From: a virus
Length of the DNA stretch: 64,000 nucleotides
Reading direction: 5' to 3' (one strand)
Virus record (IMG/VR): IMGVR_UViG_3300032431_000006
Span: 1 to 64,000 of that record
Part shown: positions 51,753 to 60,286 of the stretch, one piece after another
Numbering within the stretch: the stretch's first letter is position 1
Layout of the letters: every line of letters begins with the position of its first letter
Translations under genes and position numbers: made by a program
The notes under the pieces: model-generated
Seen by the model: only the letters and a program-made list of their open reading frames with translations
The model's database searches: none
What the model was told of the DNA's origin: nothing

Positions 51753-51761
51753 ATTATAACA
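51753..51761 (-). promoter_or_regulatory. promoter (TGTTATAAT)
   Basis: Part of a duplicated terminator-promoter cassette. Confidence 0.6.
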
Positions 51762-51771
51762 TAAAAACAAA

Positions 51772-51806
51772 ACAAAACCCGGATATTTTATTCGGGTTTT
51801 GTTTTA
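51772..51806 (-). terminator. rho-independent terminator (cassette copy 2)
   Basis: Minus strand reads AAAACCCGAATAAAATATCCGGGTTTTGTTTTGTTTTT. Confidence 0.75.
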
Positions 51807-51825
51807 GGCGATCGGGTTTTGCTTA

Positions 51826-51849
51826 CTTCCCAGTGTTGGGATTAATCTT
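51826..51849. repeat. hairpin motif copy 35
   Basis: cttcccagtgttgggattaatctt. Confidence 0.9.
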
Positions 51850-51851
51850 GG

Positions 51852-52688
51852 TTAGATTCGATCGCGTCTCTCAGCAGAAAAATAAAGAAAGTTTTCGGAG
51901 TTCGACTCAGTAGGGAGTAACGGGTAAAGCTGGAAACTGATCTCTATCCTCCGAGTATCATCGCTTAGATGAGGTGAGTCATTGCAATGGGCATACCCTA
52001 GAGCATCTAAATTTTGCTGACTCATAAAGTATGTATTTTGAGAAAAATCCATCCAAGAAGCCAATCTGCAAGCTTCTAAAAATTCAGCTTGATTACATTT
52101 TTGTGTTTGAGATTCATAACCTTTAAACCATTCCCAGTCATGCCCTAACATGGCATCTAAGATCCTATCAATGGTCGGCTGTTTAGCATCCCACAATAAC
52201 ATTTTATCTGACTCTGTAGGCTTGAAAACATCATTATGGAAATCTGCATATATCCAGTCATAGTAAGGGATAAAAGTTGAGTTTATGACTTTTATTACAT
52301 TTTTCAGTGCTGAAATATTGTTTGTTTGCTGGTATTTTGTCAACTTAGCGATCGCACGTTTGAGCCGTAATCTTGGCACGTCTAGCGCTTTAAAGCCTAT
52401 GTCTAACACCATATCTACTATCTCAGCAGCAAACATTGATCGGGGATCTTTCCCGACGCTTTCTAATACTCCGCAAGCGTAAGCGATTGATTTCCTTGCC
52501 TCTTCTATATTCTCGGTTGGAACCTTACCTAGCACAACGTTATTGTAGCCGTGCGTCATACAGAATACTGAGAATTTGCGGAATTTTATCAAGTGATCCG
52601 CTTTATTCCATGTGCTATTAATTTTGTTGGCAATATCGAGCAAGCGCTCAATCTCAGGAGTCAAAGGTAAAGACTTTATAACAGTCAT
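51852..52688 (-). CDS. hypothetical protein
   Basis: 278 aa ORF with its own TGtTATAGT promoter. Confidence 0.65.
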   Translation of the reverse strand: MTVIKSLPLTPEIERLLDIANKINSTWNKADHLIKFRKFSVFCMTHGYNNVVLGKVPTENIEEARKSIAYACGVLESVGKDPRSMFAAEIVDMVLDIGFKALDVPRLRLKRAIAKLTKYQQTNNISALKNVIKVINSTFIPYYDWIYADFHNDVFKPTESDKMLLWDAKQPTIDRILDAMLGHDWEWFKGYESQTQKCNQAEFLEACRLASWMDFSQNTYFMSQQNLDALGYAHCNDSPHLSDDTRRIEISFQLYPLLPTESNSENFLYFSAERRDRI

Positions 52689-52730
52689 AATTTAGAACCC
52701 AGTAAAGCGAGTGTTACTACCTACTACTAT

Positions 52731-52739
52731 ACTATAACA
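52731..52739 (-). promoter_or_regulatory. promoter (TGTTATAGT)
   Basis: Directly after terminator 52741-52776. Confidence 0.6.
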
Positions 52740-52740
52740 T

Positions 52741-52776
52741 AAAACCCGGCAACTATCTAAAATTGCCGGGTTTAAA
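52741..52776 (-). terminator. rho-independent terminator
   Basis: Minus strand reads AAACCCGGCAATTTTAGATAGTTGCCGGGTTTT. Confidence 0.8.
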
Positions 52777-52926
52777 TTATTTCTTGCCCTTGCCTGGTTT
52801 GTTTTTGTTGCGTCGCTTAAGCCTAATTTTACGTTGCAGCGCGTCGATCGCCCCGATTCTGTACGTCTGCAACTCTTCAAAAGTTAAGTCACTTTCACGC
52901 GCCGTCAATCCTTTTAGTCTAGTCAT
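52777..52926 (-). CDS. small basic protein (49 aa)
   Basis: Below the track cutoff; sits between promoter TGcTATAAT 52952-52960 and terminator 52741-52776; MTRLKGLTARESDLTFEELQTYRIGAIDALQRKIRLKRRNKNKPGKGKK. Confidence 0.4.
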   Translation of the reverse strand: MTRLKGLTARESDLTFEELQTYRIGAIDALQRKIRLKRRNKNKPGKGKK

Positions 52927-52951
52927 GATATTTGTTCTAACTTGCTACCAT

Positions 52952-52960
52952 ATTATAGCA
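52952..52960 (-). promoter_or_regulatory. promoter (TGCTATAAT)
   Basis: Upstream of small ORF 52777..52926. Confidence 0.55.
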
Positions 52961-53000
52961 TGGTATCCGAAGGGAATCCGGATCGTTCAGAAATTTTTTA

Positions 53001-53022
53001 AATTCCCAGTGTTGGGATTAAC
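53001..53022. repeat. hairpin motif copy 36
   Basis: aattcccagtgttgggattaac; contains the minus-strand stop 53018-53020. Confidence 0.9.
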
Positions 53023-53806
53023 GCGCGAATACGGTCGGGCGACCGTCAATACGGGTAACAACACGTCCCCATCCGCCCGAACCTCCAACTAGCCATAGTT
53101 TTGTCATTGAGGCGATCGAATAAACGTCAAATTTCCCGGCTTCTGACAGATTCGATAGCCAGTAATCGGTAGTACCTTCACGCGCCCCAAACGGGTCATG
53201 TACGATAATTTTATCTCGCAATTCAAAACCGACACCACAAACGATATGACCCGCGGTCTTGTAATCTAGTCCTAATACCATCGGGATAGAATTGCGAATA
53301 GACAGATAATAATCGTCAAAGGTTAATGATGTTGACCAATAGCTATCGACACCAAACTGGTTTAAAGCCTCTGTGTTGGCATTGTGATCTATAGTGTCGC
53401 CGTATCGTTTGAGCACGTCTAAATAGATAGATTCTGGCTGAGCTATATTATTTTTCGCTGCGGTAGCGTCTAATTTTCCATTGAGCACATAGTTGAGCAT
53501 TATCGCGTTACAAGTGCCGTTACACTCTCGATAGCCGTATCCGCTAAGGTTGTCGGTTTGGTAATAATACTCCGCAGGCAGAACTATATTTGTCGGTTTG
53601 TAATCCCAGTGTGGGGCGTAAACAAATCCCTGATTAAATTCGCTATGAACCAAATCTAAAGCAAGGTGCTGATGAGGGGCGGGCGTAATCTTTGAAACCT
53701 GCAATACTTCCCCTTTTATAATGTTGATTTTCTCATGCGCTTGTAGCTGTTCTGATGGCAGATTGCGCGCTTTGAGAATTGTTGAAACTTTAGCTGTAAT
53801 TGTCAT
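53018..53806 (-). CDS. C39-like cysteine peptidase, putative endolysin
   Basis: RECNGTCNAIMLNYVL (catalytic Cys context) and TAGHIVCGVGF...VHDPFG (His context) resemble the Peptidase_C39-like family. Confidence 0.55.
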   Translation of the reverse strand: MTITAKVSTILKARNLPSEQLQAHEKINIIKGEVLQVSKITPAPHQHLALDLVHSEFNQGFVYAPHWDYKPTNIVLPAEYYYQTDNLSGYGYRECNGTCNAIMLNYVLNGKLDATAAKNNIAQPESIYLDVLKRYGDTIDHNANTEALNQFGVDSYWSTSLTFDDYYLSIRNSIPMVLGLDYKTAGHIVCGVGFELRDKIIVHDPFGAREGTTDYWLSNLSEAGKFDVYSIASMTKLWLVGGSGGWGRVVTRIDGRPTVFAR

Positions 53807-53835
53807 TTTTTATCCTTAATTATGGGTTAAAATAA

Positions 53836-53872
53836 AGCCAGCAATTTAATAGCTGCTGGCACTACTTTAAAC
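53836..53872 (-). terminator. rho-independent terminator
   Basis: Minus strand reads GCCAGCAGCTATTAAATTGCTGGCTTTATTTT. Confidence 0.7.
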
Positions 53873-53897
53873 AGTAGGTAGCTTTTCCCATTTTAGC

Positions 53898-54116
53898 TTA
53901 GTTTTGCTTTAAAACGTTTCCCCAAGTTCTGCCAGTCAATATGCTACCGATCGCGCTTTTGGACACCCCAAATAGCTCTACCAGTGATTTTCTGCTTACG
54001 CCTTCTGCTGACATTCGCCGGATATCTAGCACGTCTTGCTCTGTCAATTTAGCATTAGTATGATCCGCGCCTTTACGGGTAGTTGGTCGGCAATTGTTAA
54101 TGTATTGTTTAGGCAT
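53898..54116 (-). CDS. small HTH DNA-binding protein
   Basis: HTNAKLTEQDVLDIRRM...LVELFGVSKSAIGSILTGRTW; same block as the C-terminus of 31659..32123. Confidence 0.6.
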   Translation of the reverse strand: MPKQYINNCRPTTRKGADHTNAKLTEQDVLDIRRMSAEGVSRKSLVELFGVSKSAIGSILTGRTWGNVLKQN

Positions 54117-54314
54117 TGTTTTATTCTCCGATCGGGTGTCCTACTTTTAAGTATAATAGCAAAATGGAAATTAGCTTGCTAATTCCTATTTTTTCTGCTA
54201 CATTTAGTTAGGCGGGCGTTTGCTGCTAAATCCGAATGTCCGATCGCGAATTGTGAATTTGTAGGGGAATCTTAGTGGTATCTCCTGCAAATTCATTTTA
54301 AATTTTAATAACCG

Positions 54315-55331
54315 ATGGCAGATTATATTCCCTTGTCTCAGTGGGCAATTCCCAACGTATTTGTAAATACAACGCAACAATCAGCCGCAGAAATAAACAG
54401 TAGGTATCAAAGAATTGCCAACTGTGGGGAATTTTTGCGTAATCAAGCCGTGACTCTGGCTAATGCTGCGATCGTTCTATTAGCAGAGATAGACGCGGCG
54501 CTGGCTAATTTTGCATCACAACAGACTGCATTTAATTTGATGGCTACTGATGCCGGAAACAGAGTAAGCACCGCTAACACTTTACAAGCTAGCGCGGCGA
54601 CTTCTGTTGCTAAATTAAATACTAATAATGCAGCGGTAGTTACTGCTAGAGGCAAGTTGACCACAGCAGACAGTAATGCTAACGGCGTTATTAATAATGG
54701 CATGGTAAAATCGGGGACTAACTTGGATGCCATAGCATCAGCAATTAGAGCCAATCCGGGTATTCTTGGACTCAATGGTTCTAGCGTTTGGACTTGGTAT
54801 TCTGCACCTAGTGGGGCCCCGTTTGTTATCGAATTTCAAACTTTTGCGGGACAGTACGCGAGTACATCAAACGGCGGTTCCGTAACTGCGGGGGCTTGGA
54901 ATCTTGTAGATATTAACAGCGCGGGTTATGGTAGCTTTAAAAACGCGATCGGGTTTCCTCAGAATGTAGTTGAGGAATTTTCCGATCGCCTCAATTTGAA
55001 AGAATTTACCCATTATTGGCAAGCGGTTATATTAGGCTCAAATACTGATTCGATGCGCGCGCGGTTTACACTTGATGGAGTAGGTATAGATAGGTCGTTA
55101 TCGACTCAAATGGGAACTGATAGCAACACCAACACATTAAGACATTATAATCAAGATTTGATTATAGATGCTGTAATTATTCCCACGATCGAGACAGCAT
55201 ACCTCAGACTAGAAACCTATCACCCCGCGGTTAATACTGCTATTAGTACAGCCGCTAAGGGCTTATCAGGTAATAAAGGCATCGAAAACGTGTACATGAT
55301 AGGATATGGATTTAGAGTTAGAAACATTTAA
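54315..55331 (+). CDS. fibre-like paralog
   Basis: 338 aa; Ala/Asn/Thr-rich helical N-terminal half; beta-rich C-terminal half ending YGFRVRNI; stop TAA lies in the hairpin motif. Confidence 0.65.
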   Translation: MADYIPLSQWAIPNVFVNTTQQSAAEINSRYQRIANCGEFLRNQAVTLANAAIVLLAEIDAALANFASQQTAFNLMATDAGNRVSTANTLQASAATSVAKLNTNNAAVVTARGKLTTADSNANGVINNGMVKSGTNLDAIASAIRANPGILGLNGSSVWTWYSAPSGAPFVIEFQTFAGQYASTSNGGSVTAGAWNLVDINSAGYGSFKNAIGFPQNVVEEFSDRLNLKEFTHYWQAVILGSNTDSMRARFTLDGVGIDRSLSTQMGTDSNTNTLRHYNQDLIIDAVIIPTIETAYLRLETYHPAVNTAISTAAKGLSGNKGIENVYMIGYGFRVRNI

Positions 55332-55348
55332 TCCCAGTGTTGGGAATT
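55327..55348. repeat. hairpin motif copy 37
   Basis: tttaatcccagtgttgggaatt; contains stop TAA 55329-55331; GGAG of the next gene follows. Confidence 0.9.
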
Positions 55349-55356
55349 GTGGAGAT

Positions 55357-55860
55357 ATGCAGAGAGAAACGCGCCCAAATATTACTAAGGTCGGTCTGAA
55401 GGCTGCAAAAAAAGCACCGGGCGATCGAACCCAAAAAGAGCATAAACAGGCTAAACGAGTTGAGAATGCGATCGCGCGCAAAAACAAGCTGTTAAAAGAG
55501 AAGGAAACAGCCAATAAATCCCGAATCAATCAAGCTTTAAAACAGCTATCTAAACAGTGCAGGAAGGGCGATAAAGGGTTAACTAGGTTAGCTTATCGGG
55601 TCAAGTTATTCTGGTTAATTCCTAACACTAAGCCCCGCCGATTCTACCCGCCGGGGACTGAAATTGACAATGATATTTTCGACATTCTCAAAGCAGCGAC
55701 GATCGCGCTGGCTAATCAGTGCATTGAAGATTACGAATACGGCGATCGGGCGATCGAGATATTATTAATTCTTGAGAATCCGCCCTACAAAGCTAAAAGA
55801 ACTAATCTTGCAGTAAGCTGTCGCAATTTTGCGGATCTAGTGCTTAGTAACGAAAACTGA
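55357..55860 (+). CDS. basic hypothetical protein
   Basis: Start at ATG 55357 after GGAG; the track N-terminus translates the hairpin motif. Confidence 0.5.
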   Translation: MQRETRPNITKVGLKAAKKAPGDRTQKEHKQAKRVENAIARKNKLLKEKETANKSRINQALKQLSKQCRKGDKGLTRLAYRVKLFWLIPNTKPRRFYPPGTEIDNDIFDILKAATIALANQCIEDYEYGDRAIEILLILENPPYKAKRTNLAVSCRNFADLVLSNEN

Positions 55861-55861
55861 A

Positions 55862-55885
55862 GCATTATTGTGATCCCAATAATGC
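55862..55885. repeat. GATC-loop hairpin H3
   Basis: GCATTATTG-tgatcc-CAATAATGC. Confidence 0.8.
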
Positions 55886-55886
55886 C

Positions 55887-55910
55887 CAATTATCGGGATC
55901 ACGATAATTG
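55887..55910. repeat. GATC-loop hairpin H4
   Basis: CAATTATCG-ggatca-CGATAATTG. Confidence 0.8.
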
Positions 55911-55917
55911 CCGATCG

Positions 55918-55943
55918 CCCGTTATGGGAATCCTCATAACGGG
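55918..55943. repeat. hairpin H5
   Basis: CCCGTTATG-ggaatcct-CATAACGGG. Confidence 0.75.
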
Positions 55944-55953
55944 CGATCGGGTA

Positions 55954-56047
55954 TTGACAAGTCGCAGAACTAGAGTATAATATAAATAGCACCGCAAAGC
56001 TACTAACTTTGGGTGCATTGAGTCAACCTTAACTAACAAGGCAACTA
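55954..56047 (+). promoter_or_regulatory. promoter TTGACA-16-TATAAT plus conserved 5' leader L4
   Basis: TTGACA 55954-55959; TATAAT 55976-55981; leader GCACCGCAAAGCTACTAACTTTGGGTGCATTGAGTCAACC... Confidence 0.75.
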
Positions 56048-56719
56048 ATGAGTATTATAGCACGGAAAGCAACAGTCGCGATCGTCAAAATGGGAATCTT
56101 GGAAATAGAAGGTCTCAGGTTTGATGACAATGGGGAGTATGCGGTAGCGGTTCCACAAATCTGTAGTCTATTTTCAATCGACACAAACCAGGCTGCAAGA
56201 AGCCTCAAAAGTATACTGGGTAAAGGTTTGTCAATCGACAAAGCGCGTACTACATTACACTCGAACCCTGTCAATTGTATTACACTTCTAGACTTCGATC
56301 GGTTGATAACCGAACTGACAATAAAGCAAAACCCAACCGCGATCGGGTTCAGTCGAGCATTAAACGGTTTGGCATTAACTCAGTTATTCTCAGACGCTTT
56401 TGGGATCAAGTTTGAGAAGGAAGATCGCCAGCAATATTTGATTAAGCGTCAGACACATAAAGAGCAATTTCATCCCAAGTTCACGGCATGGCTAAAGAAG
56501 GATGCAGGTGGCGATAGTAGCGCCGTCAAATGGGGTTTAAAGGTGGATGAACTCAAACTAGCTGCTGGGGTTCCATTGACCTTTATTGATGAATACAACC
56601 CGGCTGAGTATGCGACGATCGACAAACTGAATCAAGCTTATGCCTCATACCATTCGCTACGTTTGGCGGGTATTTCTCATGAAGGGGCGATCGGGGTTTT
56701 GAAATTGCAAAATAATTAA
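56048..56719 (+). CDS. paralog family A protein
   Basis: ILEIEGLRFDDNGEY and FSDAFGIKFEKEDRQQ blocks; canonical TTGACA-16-TATAAT promoter and conserved leader. Confidence 0.75.
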   Translation: MSIIARKATVAIVKMGILEIEGLRFDDNGEYAVAVPQICSLFSIDTNQAARSLKSILGKGLSIDKARTTLHSNPVNCITLLDFDRLITELTIKQNPTAIGFSRALNGLALTQLFSDAFGIKFEKEDRQQYLIKRQTHKEQFHPKFTAWLKKDAGGDSSAVKWGLKVDELKLAAGVPLTFIDEYNPAEYATIDKLNQAYASYHSLRLAGISHEGAIGVLKLQNN

Positions 56720-56739
56720 TTCCCAATACTGGGATTAAC
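56717..56739. repeat. hairpin motif copy 38
   Basis: taattcccaatactgggattaac; begins with stop TAA 56717-56719. Confidence 0.85.
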
Positions 56740-56746
56740 TAATAGA

Positions 56747-56776
56747 AACCTGTGAATAATTTCACAGGTTTTTTAT
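56747..56776. terminator. bidirectional terminator
   Basis: AACCTGTGAAtaatTTCACAGGTTTTTT, between convergent genes. Confidence 0.8.
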
Positions 56777-57267
56777 TAGCTGAGAGTAGTCGATCCGTCA
56801 AATAGTCGAGTGCCATCTAATAGTATGGCTGCAAAGTTTTGAATACTGGTTAAGACGCGCCCGACAGGTTTAAAGTAGTTGACAATCGCCGTCACTTCAG
56901 CAAGGTTAAAAGCCTGGACTATTCTAACATGAAAAGTGCCAGCAACACTACCAGGATTTTCGACTAATTCCGCCGTATATCCAAATAATTCTAAAGTTCT
57001 AACAACACTGTGATTAGTGCCAGCCAGCCTCAAAAGCCCCGGCAATTCACGCAATAAAACACGCCGATCGCCTGCTGATAATCTAGCAGCAAACGGCGCG
57101 ATCGATGGCGTGAAAGCTGCGATAGATTGTATTAGGTATTCGTCATCTTCTAGCTGCCAAGCAAACGATCCGGTCTGTGTTTCTGTCCAAATAATATCGG
57201 CAAAATATTTGGCGCGATCGTCGGAATAAGCAGGGGGGATTAAGTTGATAGCGTCTTGTTTTTGCAT
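56776..57267 (-). CDS. tail protein I-like (P2 gpI-like), tentative
   Basis: 163 aa; LIPPAYSDD... and DRRVLLRELPGLLRLAGTNHSVVRTLELFGY recall gpI-family blocks; adjacent to the fibre gene. Confidence 0.45.
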   Translation of the reverse strand: MQKQDAINLIPPAYSDDRAKYFADIIWTETQTGSFAWQLEDDEYLIQSIAAFTPSIAPFAARLSAGDRRVLLRELPGLLRLAGTNHSVVRTLELFGYTAELVENPGSVAGTFHVRIVQAFNLAEVTAIVNYFKPVGRVLTSIQNFAAILLDGTRLFDGSTTLS

Positions 57268-57304
57268 AATTCCTGTTAGTTTATTGGGGCGATCGTATAA
57301 ATTT

Positions 57305-59326
57305 TTAAAGAAGTCTTATAAAAGTGATTCTATAATAGCTATTAGCGCCCCCCGCAAAAGTTAAGGCTTTGTCAAAAGCTAACTGCACTACTCGATTTCC
57401 TACTGCGGTATTAAGCCTAACAGAGCAGTTATAGTCATTCCCTGCATAATCTTCGATCTTGAATGTTGTCGGTGATTGTGATCCAGCAAACTTCCATAAG
57501 ATATTAGCTAATATCCCCGCCCCGTGGTGTTGCCAGTTTCCAAAATTTTGATTTGAAGCGTCTGATACCTGAAAATAAACAGAAACAATCCAAACAGACT
57601 CTATAAAGTTCAGTCCAGCATTATTTAGAGTGCCAAAAGTAGTATAAGTATTTGCTGCTATCGAACCGGGCAAAGTTCCACTAAGTATAACTTTAGCTGA
57701 TACGGTTGCATCAACATTATTGCTGATTCGCCGCCATCTTTCACCGTCGGAGTATGTTAAGTCACCCGTAGAATTAACTACTGTCGATGCCGTACTACCA
57801 ACCAAAACATTAGGTATGGTAAGGTCACTACGAAAATACAAAGCCCCCGGTACGAATGTCGCGCCTGTAAATGCGGTCGCACCGCTACCAGGCCTCATCG
57901 TGCCGTTTGTTAGAACATTTCCTGATGCTGTATGCTCTAGTACGTTGCCATCACTTAAATCGTCATTATGATGTCGGATTTGCACATTCCCATTGTTGGC
58001 TACTGTGATGCTTTTGATGCGACTATTTACAGGTGCGACTGAATTTACCAGCCAATATCTAGGAAGACCGTTAGCATCAACACCAGCCTGAGTTATTGAT
58101 GGAGTATTCGCAGGGGAAGATCCGGCTCTAAAGCTAGCACCTGCTGTAAAAGGGAAGAAATTATTTAAAGGTAGGTTCGCGATCGGGACAAAACTATTAA
58201 CATCTAAAGGTGCAACACCGTTAGCAGTCGATCGCGCGCTGGCATCTAATTTTAATGCTAGTCCTGCTGTATAAGTTGATGTTGATACCGCCCCCAAACT
58301 TGCAAGCGTAGGATAAGCGGGTAGGTTTGCTGTAGGGACTAAGCTGTTAACATTTAAAGGTGCAACACCGTTAGCAGCCGATCGCGCGCTGGCATCTAAT
58401 TTGAGTGCTAGCCCGTCTGTATAAGTTGATGTTGATACCGCCCCCAAACTTGCAAGCGTAGGATAAGCGGGTAGGTTTGCTATCAACAAATAATTGTTTA
58501 GTTGGGAGATCGAAGCCCCGCCCAAACTTGCGAGTGTGGGATAAGCGGGTAAGTCCGCAATCAATAAATAATTGGCTAGTTGTGTCAGTGATGGCACTCC
58601 TAGATTTGTCCGTGCTGTTGCAGCGTCTAGCGCGTTTGTACCGCCTTGTGCAACAGTAATGGGAAATGTAACGTTACCGCCACCGCCGCCACTACCAGAG
58701 GGTAAGAATATAGCTGAAACTTTCCCATCCGCTCCTAACGGCGCTACCCCAAAGGGCAAACCTTTGCTAGCTGAACTAATCGCGCCTAAGTTAATTAATG
58801 CTATTACCGGATCACTCGCACCCGTACCGCCCAAACTCACAGGAAGTACGGCAGGGGAAATATTATCATCACTTGCACTAGCGATCTCAGTATTGCCTAC
58901 TTTCCAGCTTTCTGCGATCGGGTTTATCTTTCTTCCGGCTGCGATTATAGCGCCGTCTGTTTGCTCTAAATTCTGCGATAAAGCGATTAAATCGTGCCGC
59001 CATTTGTATACCGGGATCTCGTCTTGAGGTACGTCCGATCGCTCACATTCTTTCAATTCTAACCGTGTCCGATATCGATCGCCATCCCATTCCTGGGATA
59101 CATTACCGATGACAAAATAACCTACATATTTTTTCTGCCAATATACCCGCCTAACTTTTTTGACTGGTTTAAATTTGTTGCCTTTAATCGTCACTTCTAA
59201 AGTTAGCGGCTCTGTACTTTGTACCGCTACGGGTAACGCGAACAAGCGCGCGATCGTGCTGTTGTAACTTCCCCTCACTCTGAATGACTCGCACTCGACT
59301 TCTTCACGCCCGATCGTTAATGTCAT
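57305..59326 (-). CDS. tail fibre protein
   Basis: 673 aa; GGTGA...NLG fibre-repeat signatures; internal repeats LPAYPTLASLGAVSTSTYT.GLALKLDASARS; C-terminus YYRITFIRLL. Confidence 0.8.
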   Translation of the reverse strand: MTLTIGREEVECESFRVRGSYNSTIARLFALPVAVQSTEPLTLEVTIKGNKFKPVKKVRRVYWQKKYVGYFVIGNVSQEWDGDRYRTRLELKECERSDVPQDEIPVYKWRHDLIALSQNLEQTDGAIIAAGRKINPIAESWKVGNTEIASASDDNISPAVLPVSLGGTGASDPVIALINLGAISSASKGLPFGVAPLGADGKVSAIFLPSGSGGGGGNVTFPITVAQGGTNALDAATARTNLGVPSLTQLANYLLIADLPAYPTLASLGGASISQLNNYLLIANLPAYPTLASLGAVSTSTYTDGLALKLDASARSAANGVAPLNVNSLVPTANLPAYPTLASLGAVSTSTYTAGLALKLDASARSTANGVAPLDVNSFVPIANLPLNNFFPFTAGASFRAGSSPANTPSITQAGVDANGLPRYWLVNSVAPVNSRIKSITVANNGNVQIRHHNDDLSDGNVLEHTASGNVLTNGTMRPGSGATAFTGATFVPGALYFRSDLTIPNVLVGSTASTVVNSTGDLTYSDGERWRRISNNVDATVSAKVILSGTLPGSIAANTYTTFGTLNNAGLNFIESVWIVSVYFQVSDASNQNFGNWQHHGAGILANILWKFAGSQSPTTFKIEDYAGNDYNCSVRLNTAVGNRVVQLAFDKALTFAGGANSYYRITFIRLL

Positions 59327-59389
59327 AGTTCATATTGCTATTTTTCTATACTTTTAGCTTAGCATTTTTTGGCTAGCCCGATCGCCCGC

Positions 59390-59416
59390 AAAGATTCCCA
59401 ACACTGGGATTAATCC
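59390..59416. repeat. hairpin motif copy 39
   Basis: aaagattcccaacactgggattaatcc. Confidence 0.9.
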
Positions 59417-59424
59417 TCAAGAAT

Positions 59425-59460
59425 AAACCCGCAAATTCTTTTAAGAACGTGCGGGTTTTT
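59425..59460 (+). terminator. rho-independent terminator
   Basis: AAACCCGCAaattcttttaagaacgTGCGGGTTTTT. Confidence 0.75.
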
Positions 59461-59470
59461 AATATTAGTA

Positions 59471-59479
59471 TGTTATAAT
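59471..59479 (+). promoter_or_regulatory. promoter (TGtTATAAT)
   Basis: Upstream of the Bro-N gene. Confidence 0.55.
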
Positions 59480-59542
59480 ATTATTAGGCGATCGGGAATT
59501 TGGCAATACGCGATCGCCCTTGCAAACTTACAAAAAACTATC

Positions 59543-60271
59543 ATGACCTTAGCATTTTTTCAATTCCAAAGCAATCAAGTCCGGGTTGTTGCGATCAACG
59601 GCGAACCCTGGTTTGTGGCTAAAGATTTGTGTGCAGTGTTGGGAATCAGTAATTCCCGTGATGCTGTTGAACGTTTGGATGAGGATGAGAAGGGTGTCGT
59701 TACTACCGACACCCTTGGTGGAAAACAAGAGCTAGTAACGGTTTCAGAGTCTGGGATGTACTCGCTGGTGTTGACTTCCCGTAAACCGCAGGCTAAAGTT
59801 TTTAAACGCTGGATTACTCACGATGTTGTACCCACTATCCGCCAGACTGGGAAATATGAAATCGAGCCGATCGCTCCTACCGAACACCAACTACCAGCTA
59901 CCTATATAGAAGCCTTGAAAGCACTTGTAATAGCGGAGGAAGAGAAAGAGGCATTGATACAAGCAAACGCGCTTCTAAGTGCAACTAACGAATGCTTGCA
60001 AGAGGATATTGAGCTATTTACCGAAGTAGTGGATGAGCTTTTTAACTACTCTTCAATTATTCGGATTGCCAAGTTTAACGAAGTTAATGAAAAAATCTTC
60101 AATTGGTACAGCTTGAAAGCCGCTAGCAAAATGTTAAAAGTAGAGGTAAAAACAGCACCTTGCCCACGCTACGGAAAGAAAAACCTTTACAGCCACGATG
60201 CTTGGCGACTAGCCTATCCCGATGCTAAATTGCCTGAGACTACTACACTAACGATCGCCCGCAAAGATTAA
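59543..60271 (+). CDS. Bro-N domain antirepressor-like protein
   Basis: FQFQSNQVRVVAINGEPWFVAKDLCAVLGI...MYSLVLTSRKPQAKVFKRWITHDVVPTIRQTGKY is a typical Bro-N domain. Confidence 0.85.
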   Translation: MTLAFFQFQSNQVRVVAINGEPWFVAKDLCAVLGISNSRDAVERLDEDEKGVVTTDTLGGKQELVTVSESGMYSLVLTSRKPQAKVFKRWITHDVVPTIRQTGKYEIEPIAPTEHQLPATYIEALKALVIAEEEKEALIQANALLSATNECLQEDIELFTEVVDELFNYSSIIRIAKFNEVNEKIFNWYSLKAASKMLKVEVKTAPCPRYGKKNLYSHDAWRLAYPDAKLPETTTLTIARKD

Positions 60272-60286
60272 TTCCCAACACTGAGA
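60263..60286. repeat. hairpin motif copy 40 (degenerate)
   Basis: aaagattaattcccaacactgaga; contains stop TAA 60269-60271. Confidence 0.6.

Noticed and set aside
21172-59326. Diversity-generating retroelement acting on the fibre paralogs
   Set aside because: No reverse transcriptase ORF is present, and no near-identical template/variable repeat pair with adenine-specific differences was seen. The paralogs are too divergent.
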